From positions 21,328,001-21,392,000 of the forward strand of contig NC_135770.1 of NCBI RefSeq assembly GCF_052425735.1: a stretch of 64,000 bases of DNA, in the 5' to 3' direction. Shown piece after piece: positions 1-11,200 of this stretch. A program made the position numbers and the translations under genes. Under the pieces are notes generated by a model. It was not told where the DNA came from. It did not search any database and saw only the letters and a program-made list of their open reading frames with translations. Origin of the DNA: Oculina patagonica. Its lineage: Eukaryota. Numbering within the stretch: position 1 is the stretch's first letter; each line of letters begins with the position of its first letter.

Positions 1-525
1 ACCAAACCGCTCACGGGAAAAGATGCAACTAAAGAGGAGGTGCTTAAACGAATGGGTTCAGTTGCCTTGGTACACATCGCAGCACATGGCGATATGGAAG
101 CTGGCGAGATTGCTTTGGCTCCAAATCCAGATCAAACATCCAAGATCCCTAAAGATAAAGACTTCCTGTTAACAATGTCAGATATACAAGTTGTCCAGCT
201 ACGAGAAAAGCTTGTTGTGCTTAGCTGCTGCCATAGTGCTCAAGGGAAGGTTACAGCAGAGGGTGTGGTCTGTATCGGAAGGGCTTTCCTGGGTGCTGGT
301 GCTCGTTCTGTTCTGGTGTCACTCTGGGCAATTGATGACGAGGCCACCATGGAGTTTATGAAAAGTTTCTACAAACATCTGTGTGGTGGATGTAGCGCCA
401 GTGTAGCTCTTAACCGAGCTATGAAATGCCTTAGAGAGTCAGAGAAGTTTGGTGCCGTAAAGTACTGGGCTCCGTTTGTACTCATCGGTGATGACGTCAC
501 CATAGAATTTGGAGAAAATCAATAA
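1..525 (+). CDS. C-terminal CHAT (caspase HetF-associated with TPRs) domain of a TPR-CHAT / TTC28-like protein, 5'-partial
   Basis: Frame 1 is open from base 1 ([17 protein letters not shown]...). It carries the CHAT motifs [36 protein letters not shown] and YWAPFVLIG. Stop TAA at 523-525. Confidence 0.9.
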   Translation, partial: TKPLTGKDATKEEVLKRMGSVALVHIAAHGDMEAGEIALAPNPDQTSKIPKDKDFLLTMSDIQVVQLREKLVVLSCCHSAQGKVTAEGVVCIGRAFLGAGARSVLVSLWAIDDEATMEFMKSFYKHLCGGCSASVALNRAMKCLRESEKFGAVKYWAPFVLIGDDVTIEFGENQ

Positions 526-1726
526 GAACATCGTGAGTAGCACTTTTCACAACTTTTAACATTTTGTTAGGTGCCTTTTATCTTTTCGTAAAGTGAAGTT
601 TTAGCTGAGCTCATTACTTACGGGAAATGAAAATAGTTAAGTTCAATTAATATACCTCGAACAACTGATCATTATTGCTGGAATGTAAAATATTGTATGT
701 GCATAGAAATAAAAAGAACGGTTCAAGTTCTGCCACCAGATTCTCAATAAGAGGTGTTTCCCATTATAATGCCGTTATGAGTGCGAAGTAACATAAATGG
801 ACAGTCGATCAGAAGTCTATTCAGTCTTAGTAATGGATTGCATTTTCTTGCAGAAACTGAATAATCAAGCACAGTGAGAACTACTTGTCGAGTAGCTAAC
901 AGGCCTTTTTCATATCCTTTTACCAGGGTGTATATTTCCCTTGCAGTCTGTTTCTGCTGTGATACAGCAAATTAATTAAACCGATTTATTTCTACGTCAT
1001 TGCATTTTTGAAAGAGAGCGGAACATTAATTTTCTGCAACTTTTAATTTACTTTACTTTGCTCAATCCACGACTGCATTTTTTGCAATAGTCAGTTCAAA
1101 AGGTCATTTGTGTGGGTTGTGATTGGTAGATTTCGCATCATTTTGTATTTTTGTTAAGAAATCTATAGTATTGAATTGTATTTAGTCAATAGCCGTGAAC
1201 CACAACGGCGAATATGTCAAGTTTTTTTGTTTAGAAGTGAACACTGTCTTTACATATCAAGCGGAGGATAGCCCGGACATCAAAAGACATAAAAAATTGA
1301 TCTAGATTATCGCGAGAATGTAAATGATTTTTTTCAATCGACGTTGTTTTCGCCGTCGTGGTTATAGCGACCTTTAGATTGGACTACGAGTACGAGATTA
1401 AGTACGAGTATGAGTTTTCGAACCAAATTCGTTTTCCTCGTATAATTATAACACCAATGTTATCAATTACGTTTTTTATGTGTTAGTCAGCAACAGGACA
1501 GGGTTATAGTTCGTGGGGTACAATTTAATTACATTGTAAAGTCGTACTCGTACTCGATTTCGGGGGGGTAGCAAGTAGGGGATATGAATTAGTTTGTATT
1601 TTGAAGTTTACATTCAGGAGTATCTTGTTATATCAAAAAGGGGATCGACAAGTGTAACCCATCAGACCTCCTTCAGTCCCCCAACGTGGTACAAGCTGTC
1701 TGGGCCACAAGGCTCGACCGTGACAT

Positions 1727-2025
1727 TCATCTATCAGTCAATTCCAAGCGAAATAATCCCACCGGGCAAACCCCGGGTATTTGACCGCTACTGAGTTCCA
1801 GATAGTGGGGAATTTGATCGAACAGAAGCCCGGATGGTCAGGCATTTGGCCGTCGACAAAATGTGTCATAAACTATAAAACGCTTGGGCATTTGATCGTG
1901 CAACTGGCCCACATAGTGGAGAATTTGATTAGACATTTTAAAAAGATTCAAATGCCCGGGGATTTCCCGGGAGTGGGGGGTGGGGGGGGGGGGCATGATC
2001 TCGCTTGGAATTGACTGATACATTA
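1727..2025. mobile_element. MITE with ~20-bp terminal inverted repeats
   Basis: tatcagtcaattccaagcga (1732-1751) is the reverse complement of tcgcttggaattgactgata (2001-2020); no credible internal ORF. Confidence 0.75.
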
Positions 2026-4301
2026 CTTAGTGCAGTCACTGGATCTGTGTTACCTGCATTTATCAAAATCAAATGCCAGACCGTCGAAGCCTATATATAG
2101 ACGGTACAATTAGTTTTTCTTTATACTGAAAAGAACGCTTCAGCGCTCAGCAAGAAGCAATTAAAGTTCAAAGCTTATCTCCTGCTTTCATTATCTAACA
2201 GGACTCATAGGGGAGATCTAGCATATTGTAAAGCATATTATATTCATATTTTGGTTGTAAAACTGAGGAAATAAATATTGGTACTCAAGTAGATTATCCT
2301 GTATGATAACCGTAGGCACATTAAAAATACTCTAAGGTTAAGTCAATCGTAATTGTGAATGAAGAGTCCGCGGACCTCTGATCGTGTTATGGATAGTACA
2401 CTATTGAATTAATTCAGACATATTTTCCTAACAAGTAGTCAATAAGCTTTTATTCCTAACGTGGACATGTTTATGGAAATGGATCTTTTCACTGCCTTGA
2501 TCATGGCGTGGTATGGGAATGGGGGCTAGGTTGAGACTTGCGGCCGAAATGGAGTGCTATTCAGTGCCTCTGAGTAACGAAATTCTTAAGTCTCCAGTCA
2601 CCCCTTCTAAGTATTGTCTTGAGAATCGTTTCATTGAATGTTTGTTGTTGCCGATTGCCAAACATGTCCACGGTAATGATAATCGGGTTAAACTTTGTAA
2701 GATCAATTGTACGACTCAAGTTGTCAATTGTACCTGTGCAACGACAAACGTAAAAAGTTTAATTGGCATGCAGTCATAGTTGTTATAAGTAAGCTTCAAA
2801 GAAGAGTAATAAAAGTATGTAGCCTTCTTAAATAGAGATCTGTTTATTTTATTGCGGCAAGCAAGCGCACCTAATTTTACGCATATAAACAAAGACGGAA
2901 ATCAGTGAGCGCTGACGTTCACATTATCAGCCGTGCTTCTAGGGCATTTTATAGCGAGGCTTTGCATAGAAATCACCTCGGTCGATCATTATGTGTCTAA
3001 GCGCTTTTCACGGAAGGTTTTGTAAAGGGTGTCGAAACAAAATCACGTTTGAGGTGTTGGGACTCTCTTTTGTAGGCATTCGACAAGATTAACTGCTATA
3101 ATAACAATTTCGTTAAGTACATGAAACGGAGAACAACAGAACTGTTTAAAAGACGAGCAACTACAGTAATGGTTTTAATGTGGGATCCTGAGTTTTCAAG
3201 TCCTATTTGCATTCATTCAGGTCCCAGAGGCTCGAAGAGTGGATAACGGTGTCCAACACTATAGAAATTACTATCTAGTCGATAGTGTAGTTTGTTTTAT
3301 CATTACTTAAACACTGGATAGTGATATATCTGGTGGCTAGCGTTATCCACCATTTCAACAACCAGGACCAGATCTTTTAGAACAAAAGTCGTTATGGAGG
3401 TGTTGTATGGGCAACTTTGTAAGTCCGTGTGCTACAGTGTGGTTATTGACATCATTCCAACATGCACATCTGTGTCTGGCAATCAGTGGCTAAACGCCAA
3501 GACGAGATCCAAAGGCCAAATAGGGTGTTCCTGTTTGTCAACAACCAACTCTTAGTCTCCAAAATTGGTCGAGTGGTGCATGTAACATTCCAACTCCATC
3601 GAGGCCCAAAGAAGAAAGACCCTAGTAACAAGGTTGCCAATGTTTATTCTAAAATGACAGACTGATAAGACGGTTCAAAACAGTGAATGAAAATGAATGT
3701 AAAAAGCTCTTGAAGTTCAAAGCAAGAGAAATTCCCCAGCCAGGAAGAGGTCTTATATTTGTGGAAAAGGATTTCTCTGTAGGCGTGCTATCGTAGGGGT
3801 GGTTAATATTAAAAAGAACTTGCGTGAGACGGGGTTATGTGGAAGATTTGCTGCGTCAGAAAAAATAATCACGCATGGTAAAACTTAAACAAAAGGATGT
3901 GAAACACCGTAACGTAAAGATGAGCATACTGCCGATTGTAAGAAGGTCTCTCTAAAGACCTGGCCAAACGGTAACGCAAGTGGACGCCAGTTATCGCAAA
4001 TTGAACTGTTGTACATACTTGAATTGGCTGGCCAAACGGACTGACAAGTGCAAGCAAGTTATCAAAAAAGCCATTTCAATGCTTCTGTGCGTGCTGCAAA
4101 TCAGAACTTGAAGTAAAGAACAAGACTTGCGTTGGGTGGCCAATAGGTGAAAAACTTGCATTGACTGAGTGAGTGAGTGTGAATACTTTATTTACCCTCG
4201 GATTGTAAAGTAGCTTATTTAGCTAATGTCTCCGAGCATTTCAACAGTGCAACGGGCAAAGACCAGGCCACAACACCGTAAACTTCGTGTCCTACTCTTT
4301 A

Positions 4302-4662
4302 GGCCATCCCAATAAAATGTTTCGTTTCCCATTGCCCCGTCTCTTGTGATAGTGGGTCGGTAGGTCGGGCAAAAAAAAAAACCAAAATGAACACTTTAAG
4401 GGTTCTGGGTTCTGATTACAAAGTCAACTCGTGAACGTGGTCTTTTCGTTCGTTATTCCTTAACAGTCTTTAAATGACGTGGTATCGATGTTTATTAAAG
4501 ACAAAGACATCACATCATACCAATTGTTGTTAATATAACAAGATCGTGTACTTGTAAATTGAAGTACTCGCTACTTTGACTAGTGAATCTGGATTTTTTT
4601 TAACATTCGAAAAAAATCGCTCTGTCGGGCGATGGGAAACGAAACATTTTATTGAGATGGCC
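4302..4662. mobile_element. PIF/Harbinger (Tourist-like) MITE
   Basis: TIRs ggccatcccaataaaatgtttcgtttccc / gggaaacgaaacattttattgagatggcc. A 3-bp TTA target duplication lies at 4299-4301 and 4663-4665. Confidence 0.8.
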
Positions 4663-7480
4663 TTACGATAAGTGTGTGGGTTCTTTAACGTCCCGTGCTG
4701 GGGTTCCGGTTTTTCAACAATCACAGCTGATCAAGTGAAACATGTGACATTCCAGCCTCATCGAGTCCTAAAGAGCCTAGTAAAACGATTGCCAACGTTT
4801 TTGTTAACGAAACTGATTCAAGCCTAAATATATAGATTTAGGAAAGCCTAAAAGCGGAGCTTCCTTTTAATTTATTTAATCTTTGCTGGAGTTACAATGT
4901 TTTCATTTTGATAAATATGCGGTCAAAGCTTTTATGCCTCACTGGCCCATAGGTGCAAGGCAAATATAAATCCATCATAATCTCGAGGCAGAACAAATAA
5001 TGGACAAAAAATTAATTAAGAGTCTATTCAGTGTAATTATTCAGTGTAAAAGTGGACTACACTAAAGCAAAAAAAAAAAAAATGTTTGAACTACTTTAAA
5101 AAATATGAGTCAGTTTATATTTTTCACCTCGCGCTCGAGCCTGAGATGGGGTTAACATGTTTTTCAGAGCAAGTTTAGTTTAAATAAATTTATTTTGTTC
5201 GAGCTTTTTGCTTTGTCGTCGTTTAGCACTTCGAAAAACGTCACTTATACTGTATGAATTTTTTCCGCCGAGAAAATGTAGGCTGAAAGTCGGAATAAAC
5301 TCACAGCAATAGAAAATAAACTCTCGCGGCAAGGGATTATAATTCGACTTTAATGACGGCCAAAGAAAATCAACTTACGGCAATAGAAAATCGGTTAATC
5401 CGTAGCAAATAAAACCAACTCAGGGGAACAAAAAAAATGAACTGACATTTAAGCGTAAGCTTAAATGTACTACAAGTTACAGTTAAAGCGACTTAAAGGG
5501 GCAAAGTATATTGCTTAAGTTAAGGAAAGATCTAAACTTTACCTACACAGAATCTATCGAAACTGCGCTTAGAAAGTAAGCTTAAGTTTATATACATCAT
5601 GAAATTTTCTGTCACAAAATCAGGCTCAGCAATTCAGTACAGGTTGTTACCTTGCATCAGGTTCCTGTATCTTTCTTCAGCGGACTTGATCCATGCAGTG
5701 TTTAGCTTCGTTTTTACACGATCATTGCTAAAGTTGTTGTATTCTTGATGTTGACGGCCGAAGAATCATCCGCAAACAACAGAAACTAGAAAACTGGACG
5801 TGCACAAGGAATAACATTCGCAATTATTCCGGGTCTCATCGTACACCTCTTTCTTTATTTACAATTTCACGGAATATAGGTGACTTTTGAGGACATCGTG
5901 CGAGAAATATTACGGTAAGAAAGTTCTCGATTCTCTGTCGCTCTTTTTTATACCCTCGGTTTCATTCAGCCTACACAGTGAACACCGCGCAACACATTTT
6001 CCCGCGTTTTCATAACATTACTTCGTTTAGATCAAACTGAAACGTCCACATCATCCAGTCGATAGAAGATAACGTCAATTGTTCGTTTTACGGTTACGAA
6101 AAATGCGACCAGAGACCAATAAATTGAATTTAACAGTGTAGCGATCAAACGAGAGCCATCGAGCCATGTTTTTTTTTTTGGCGTAAAGGCTTCGATACAT
6201 AACACTCACACACGAAAAAAGACTAACAAAAAAGAGCAGTTGGTTAATAAACCTCTTAGATATTTTGCTGTGTAGTATCGCTGTGTAATTTTACTCCTTG
6301 TGTACATTTTGTCTTGCCGTGCGAGCTTTATTTGCTGTTTGTAATTTCCTTACTTTTCTTTAGCCACGCGCGGGCAACCTCGTCCCCAGGCCTAATCCGT
6401 GCGTACGGGCGTACGTACGTACGGACGTAGGCGACTCCCAAAATTTCTCGGTTCGATAGGATACCATTTGCCTGCCTATGGATGCTCCGCTCGCGCGCCT
6501 TCGGCGCGTGGGAGCTCCGCTATGACACGGCCGAAACATTAAAAGGAGATGAGGTATAAAGCAAGAGCCTAGAAAGGGACCAGCCAAGAATGTGCCTTAT
6601 ATTTGCTGAGAAGGCTTTTTCTGTGGGCTTACAATTTACATACGAAGTTATAACATTTTAATAAATTTAAACCTTTTCGGCTTCGTATGGAGATTACCCA
6701 TTTCAGATCATGATGTTCTATATAGAATTTTTCTTTTATCTATCTGAAAATTATCCATTCACTCCCTAAATTTGAAAGAAATAATTCTCAAGGGCAACAT
6801 TACGTTGTCTCAAATCAGATAACAAACGAACGAAGCTAAAATGGGCTGTTGGAGCGTTTTTTAAAAAGCTAAGTCGACCCAGGCCAATGCGCTGATGCGA
6901 TTCACTGAAGACCAGTTTATCTTATTGACGACCGGCGAGGGATCTCGTAAAATCACACCGTGACAGTTTCGATGACTAACCTGTATACCTGTTTTAAGAA
7001 GAAAGCTAGTACAAGCCAACGATATCATCTGTAAATGGAGGGAAGACGACCATTAGACACGTAAATCTAAGGCAGGCTTGATGACAAAAGTATTGTAAGG
7101 TAAGGCGAATTGATGACCAATTATATATTTCCTTTTAGGTGATAGATAATTTATTTTCCTCCACATTGAATTGTTTCGTTAGCGAAGGCGCCAATTCAAT
7201 ACGGTTGAAACTATGAAACAAAACATAGTATTAAATTCCGCTCCTTTTAATTCGAAAGACTGCATTCATTGTGAGATCAAATCAAACTGACGGTCCTATA
7301 AAGTATGGAGTATAAAGTATGGAAAGCAAAACAGTTTGTACTAAAATGAGCGGCGAATTTTGCTGTGAACTTTTTATCAAAGAGTTCGCTATGGGTGCTT
7401 TTCATTGTCTCCATTATTTGTCTGTTTAAAAGCGAAAACAATATCGGCTTGGTTTTTGCCATTTTTGCAGCTAAAAACTA

Positions 7481-8031
7481 TAATATCATAGGTGACAAAT
7501 TACTCCTTAATTTTGGCGCGAAATTTTAACGTTAATTTATAATTTTACATGTGAAATTATAAAATTGCCATGGCAACGTAGTTAGCGGCAAGATGGCGCC
7601 CGGGATAAAAGGTGTTTTAAAGCTTAAACTTTGCACATTTTCGCTTGAATTTCATGTTAGCCAGCTAGCCTTGGCCATGTAATGAAACGTTTGATAATAT
7701 TTTATATTTCAACGTCAATATGACTTCAAGACTTAAGCCAATTTCATAAATGGCAACGAGCGTATTTTTTAGCGTTTTACACGGGCGCCATTTTCAGTTC
7801 ATTCAAGACGAACTATGGTCATAATGCGAGAAATAATTGACGGTTGATTCATCTTTGAAACTTTTTTGTCAACAGCAAAGAGGAATCTCTCAAAGGTTTT
7901 CTTCAAAGACTAAAAAACTTGCGAACTTAAGCAAAATGTATGCTTTCAACTTTTCAAAGCTCGGAGTTCGCGATGCAATATACCAGTCAAAAATCTATGA
8001 TTGCAAGCGTAATTTGTCACCTATGATATTA
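7481..8031. mobile_element. MITE with ~23-bp TIRs, TA-flanked
   Basis: taatatcataggtgacaaattac (from 7481) / gtaatttgtcacctatgatatta (to 8031). Confidence 0.75.
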
Positions 8032-8253
8032 AAATTTAATTAAATGTTATACTCGTGAAATTAGAAATAATTTCACTTGCATTTTGTCAAAATTCTTATA
8101 ATTTCCCTCGCCTAAAGGCTCGGGAAATTATTAACATTTTGACAAAACGCGCGTGAAATTATTTCCCAATTTCACTCGTCACCATTTGATTACCCATACA
8201 AATTCCCCTGCCAGTGTGCTAAATATATCATGTCTCGGATTTCAATTTCACAG

Positions 8254-11200
8254 ATGCATTTCCTGGCATTTTTCCTGCTAATCAGCCTTCTTCATTCTTT
8301 TGAAGTTACGATCATTGAGGTAAGATGTCGATGTGTGCAGCAACGAAACAAAACTTTTATTTTATTATATATAGGCTGGACTTTTTAACATTCTTTGAAA
8401 AAAATATTTGTTAACACCTTTTTTGCACTTAGTTAAAAACATTTTTCACTTTTTTATTAGGGGGAAACAAGCATGGCAAATGTGAAAGCAATATGGAGTC
8501 GATATGCACAAGTCACACAAGGAGACGTAAGGGGCAAACTACTTAAATAACTTTATTTAATTAAATTGTAAAAGCAAATATAATCGATGGTTAATTAAGT
8601 AGCCACACAGACGCCGTAGAATTTGTGACTTATTCTAACTTTCCCGGCCTTGTGATTTGTCCTTCCTTTACATCGGGAGTGAACCCTCCAACTTGATGGC
8701 AGCAATGAGTTCGTCTACTAGTTCGAGAAAACGAACCAGTTCGTCAAAATAAAATTTCGGTCTGACCGGTCAAAGTGGTCTGCTGCGCATTTAATTTAAA
8801 AAAAAAAACAATTGCCGTGGGAAGTTTGGCGTTTGGCTTAATGAAAGATATCCGAAAGTTTACCCTAAAAAGGGACGAACAAGTAAAACATAGTATGCTG
8901 CCAGCTACCACTTTTAGACTTTATATTTCAGTTTTTATCTTTCTAAGAGCACATACTATGGAGATTATCCAGGAGGTGGAGCATGCGCGTTAGATCCACC
9001 GTCGCCGCTGAACGACCAGCCTGGTTGGATCATGGTGGCAGCTGGACAATATGACTATCAGAAGTCCCTTGGGTGCGGCATGTGTATCGAAATCACGGCC
9101 AACGGGGAGCAAACAAGCTCCTCTACTGGAGGACCCACACCCATGAAAGGCACCTACAAGGCCTATGTGGGTGACCTGTGCGGAGGATGTAAACAGGGTA
9201 CGTCTGTGGTAATTCCGTCGTGCAAGTATAAACAAACATTTTTCTCCGACGAAGGATTCAGTCTTTTCAAATCCCATAAAGCCTATTTTTTAGTAACTAA
9301 ACCACTTCAGGCAGCTGGTATGATGGAGGATTCAACCTCGTTCGCAGGGTTTCTCTCACCCCACCCACCAGAGCGAGGAGCCAGGAACTAGGAACCAGGA
9401 GCTAGGAACCAGGTTGTGGAGGATTATGCCCGAGGCTGAAAGTTGAACAGTTTGCCCAGAGGCGAAGTTTTGAAGGCAACTGTGTAATTTTGAGGACAGT
9501 CCCACGGCCAAGGGCATTCTTTTGCAATATACCCGGCAAGGCAGAAAGGGTTTTGTTTATTTATTTTACTACCCTCCAATTTATTTGTACAACGCGCTTT
9601 ACGGCAGTAAAAAGTAAACAACACAGCGAAAATCAAGGCGTAATTTTGGGTGAAATATATGTAAGGCGATTGGTTTACGTACTTTTTAACACTGTAGTTT
9701 GATTGAAAATTTAGACTTGAAAGGTGGTTCGTTTGTTTACGTTGCCCGTCTTTGGAATCGTGCGACTGATATCCAAATCAGACGGGGTATATTGTATTCA
9801 ACTAGCATATATACTCGTCGTCTGATTTTGTACTGAGTGATATGTTTTGTCCTCTAATAACGCACGTAAATTAATCGGTGGGCTACTGGATAATTAATAA
9901 TTAGTAAACTTATATTGCGCAAGTTTCAATTGACGATTTGATTTTCACCTGCGCATTACAATATTTGTAAAAATTTGAACTATTTAAAAGCCCTTTAAAA
10001 TTAATTAAATACTAAAATACCTTTATTAACTTCCAGTTTATAATGAACGAAGTGTTTTAAGCCCACCGGCGCAGGACAACAGTTTCGTTAGAAGCAGTAA
10101 CTTTGTTTTCATATTTAGAATTGTAATTCCTCATTTTATTTGAACATACTAATTTGCTTTAGCTTCCCCGTGTACAATTGGTCTGTTTGACTAAATTGTG
10201 TTTTTTTTTTTCATTAATCCTCACAGCTGGTTTTGATCTTTATATCCCTGGGTTTGGTAAATACAAGACTTCATTTAAGGCAGTCGAGTGCCCTACTGTA
10301 TCAGGCACAGAGGGAAATATCCAGTTCCGTTTTACAGGAAGTAACCCCTGGTCCATGAAATTACAGGCTCGAAACTCCAAGTAAGTGCAATTAGGCCAAT
10401 TTCAGACAATACAGAAAGAACTTTAAACTGACTTGATACTAAACCAGTGAATAAAGACAATTTTGAGGCACACGGTAGAAAACGTCAAGTGAATCGTTTA
10501 ATCGAAAGAAGTTTTTTTTACTCTTTATCTAAATAGATGAGTTTTTGATTTTTCGGCACTGTCTTTATTACGCACAAGTTATGTATCTGTGTGAAATGGT
10601 CTTTGATGTATTTAATATTGTCCTTACTGTCTAGTTTTTGTTGTTGTTAGCATTTAATACAAAAAGGATCATTTCACTCATATGCTTATATTTCACTTAT
10701 ATTTGTTGTTGTTGATGATGTTGTTGTTTTCGTTGTTGTTTCTGTCTATTATCATTCAAATACCATTTACAGCAAAAGGACAAATTGCAAATGTCAAGTT
10801 TTGCTGAGAATATTCATCTTTTCTTTTCCCTTGTGTTACGAGCTGTTTAAATCCCTGGATTTCTTTAACATTGTTTGGCTTCGTTTATTTAACAGAGTGA
10901 TAACTGTAGGTATGGAGATCTTGCACAATAACAAGTGGATTTGTATGAAGCGAACAGATGACAACTACTTTACTATTAACGGATTAGGAGAAATAAAATA
11001 CCCAAAGAAATTCAGGTTAACAAGTATCAGTGGCGAACAACTGGTCACTACGCTACCTGGGATTCAAAACAACGAGAATATTGCCAGTGATATACAGTAC
11101 TCGGGATTTGACCCAGGTATGGGTAAGATTAATTTTGCGAAAATTGTATCTTTCGAAGGTAGAAAATATCCATTCTTTTAACAATGGCTACCCCAGTCAG

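Noticed and set aside
8948-11116. Bacterial or algal contamination as the source of the expansin and DDGS sequences
   Set aside because: The expansin genes have canonical GT-AG introns filled with the same MITE types as the rest of the window, are AT-rich, and are contiguous with animal GPCR genes. The DDGS exon has a canonical acceptor and shares a contig with the FReD gene.
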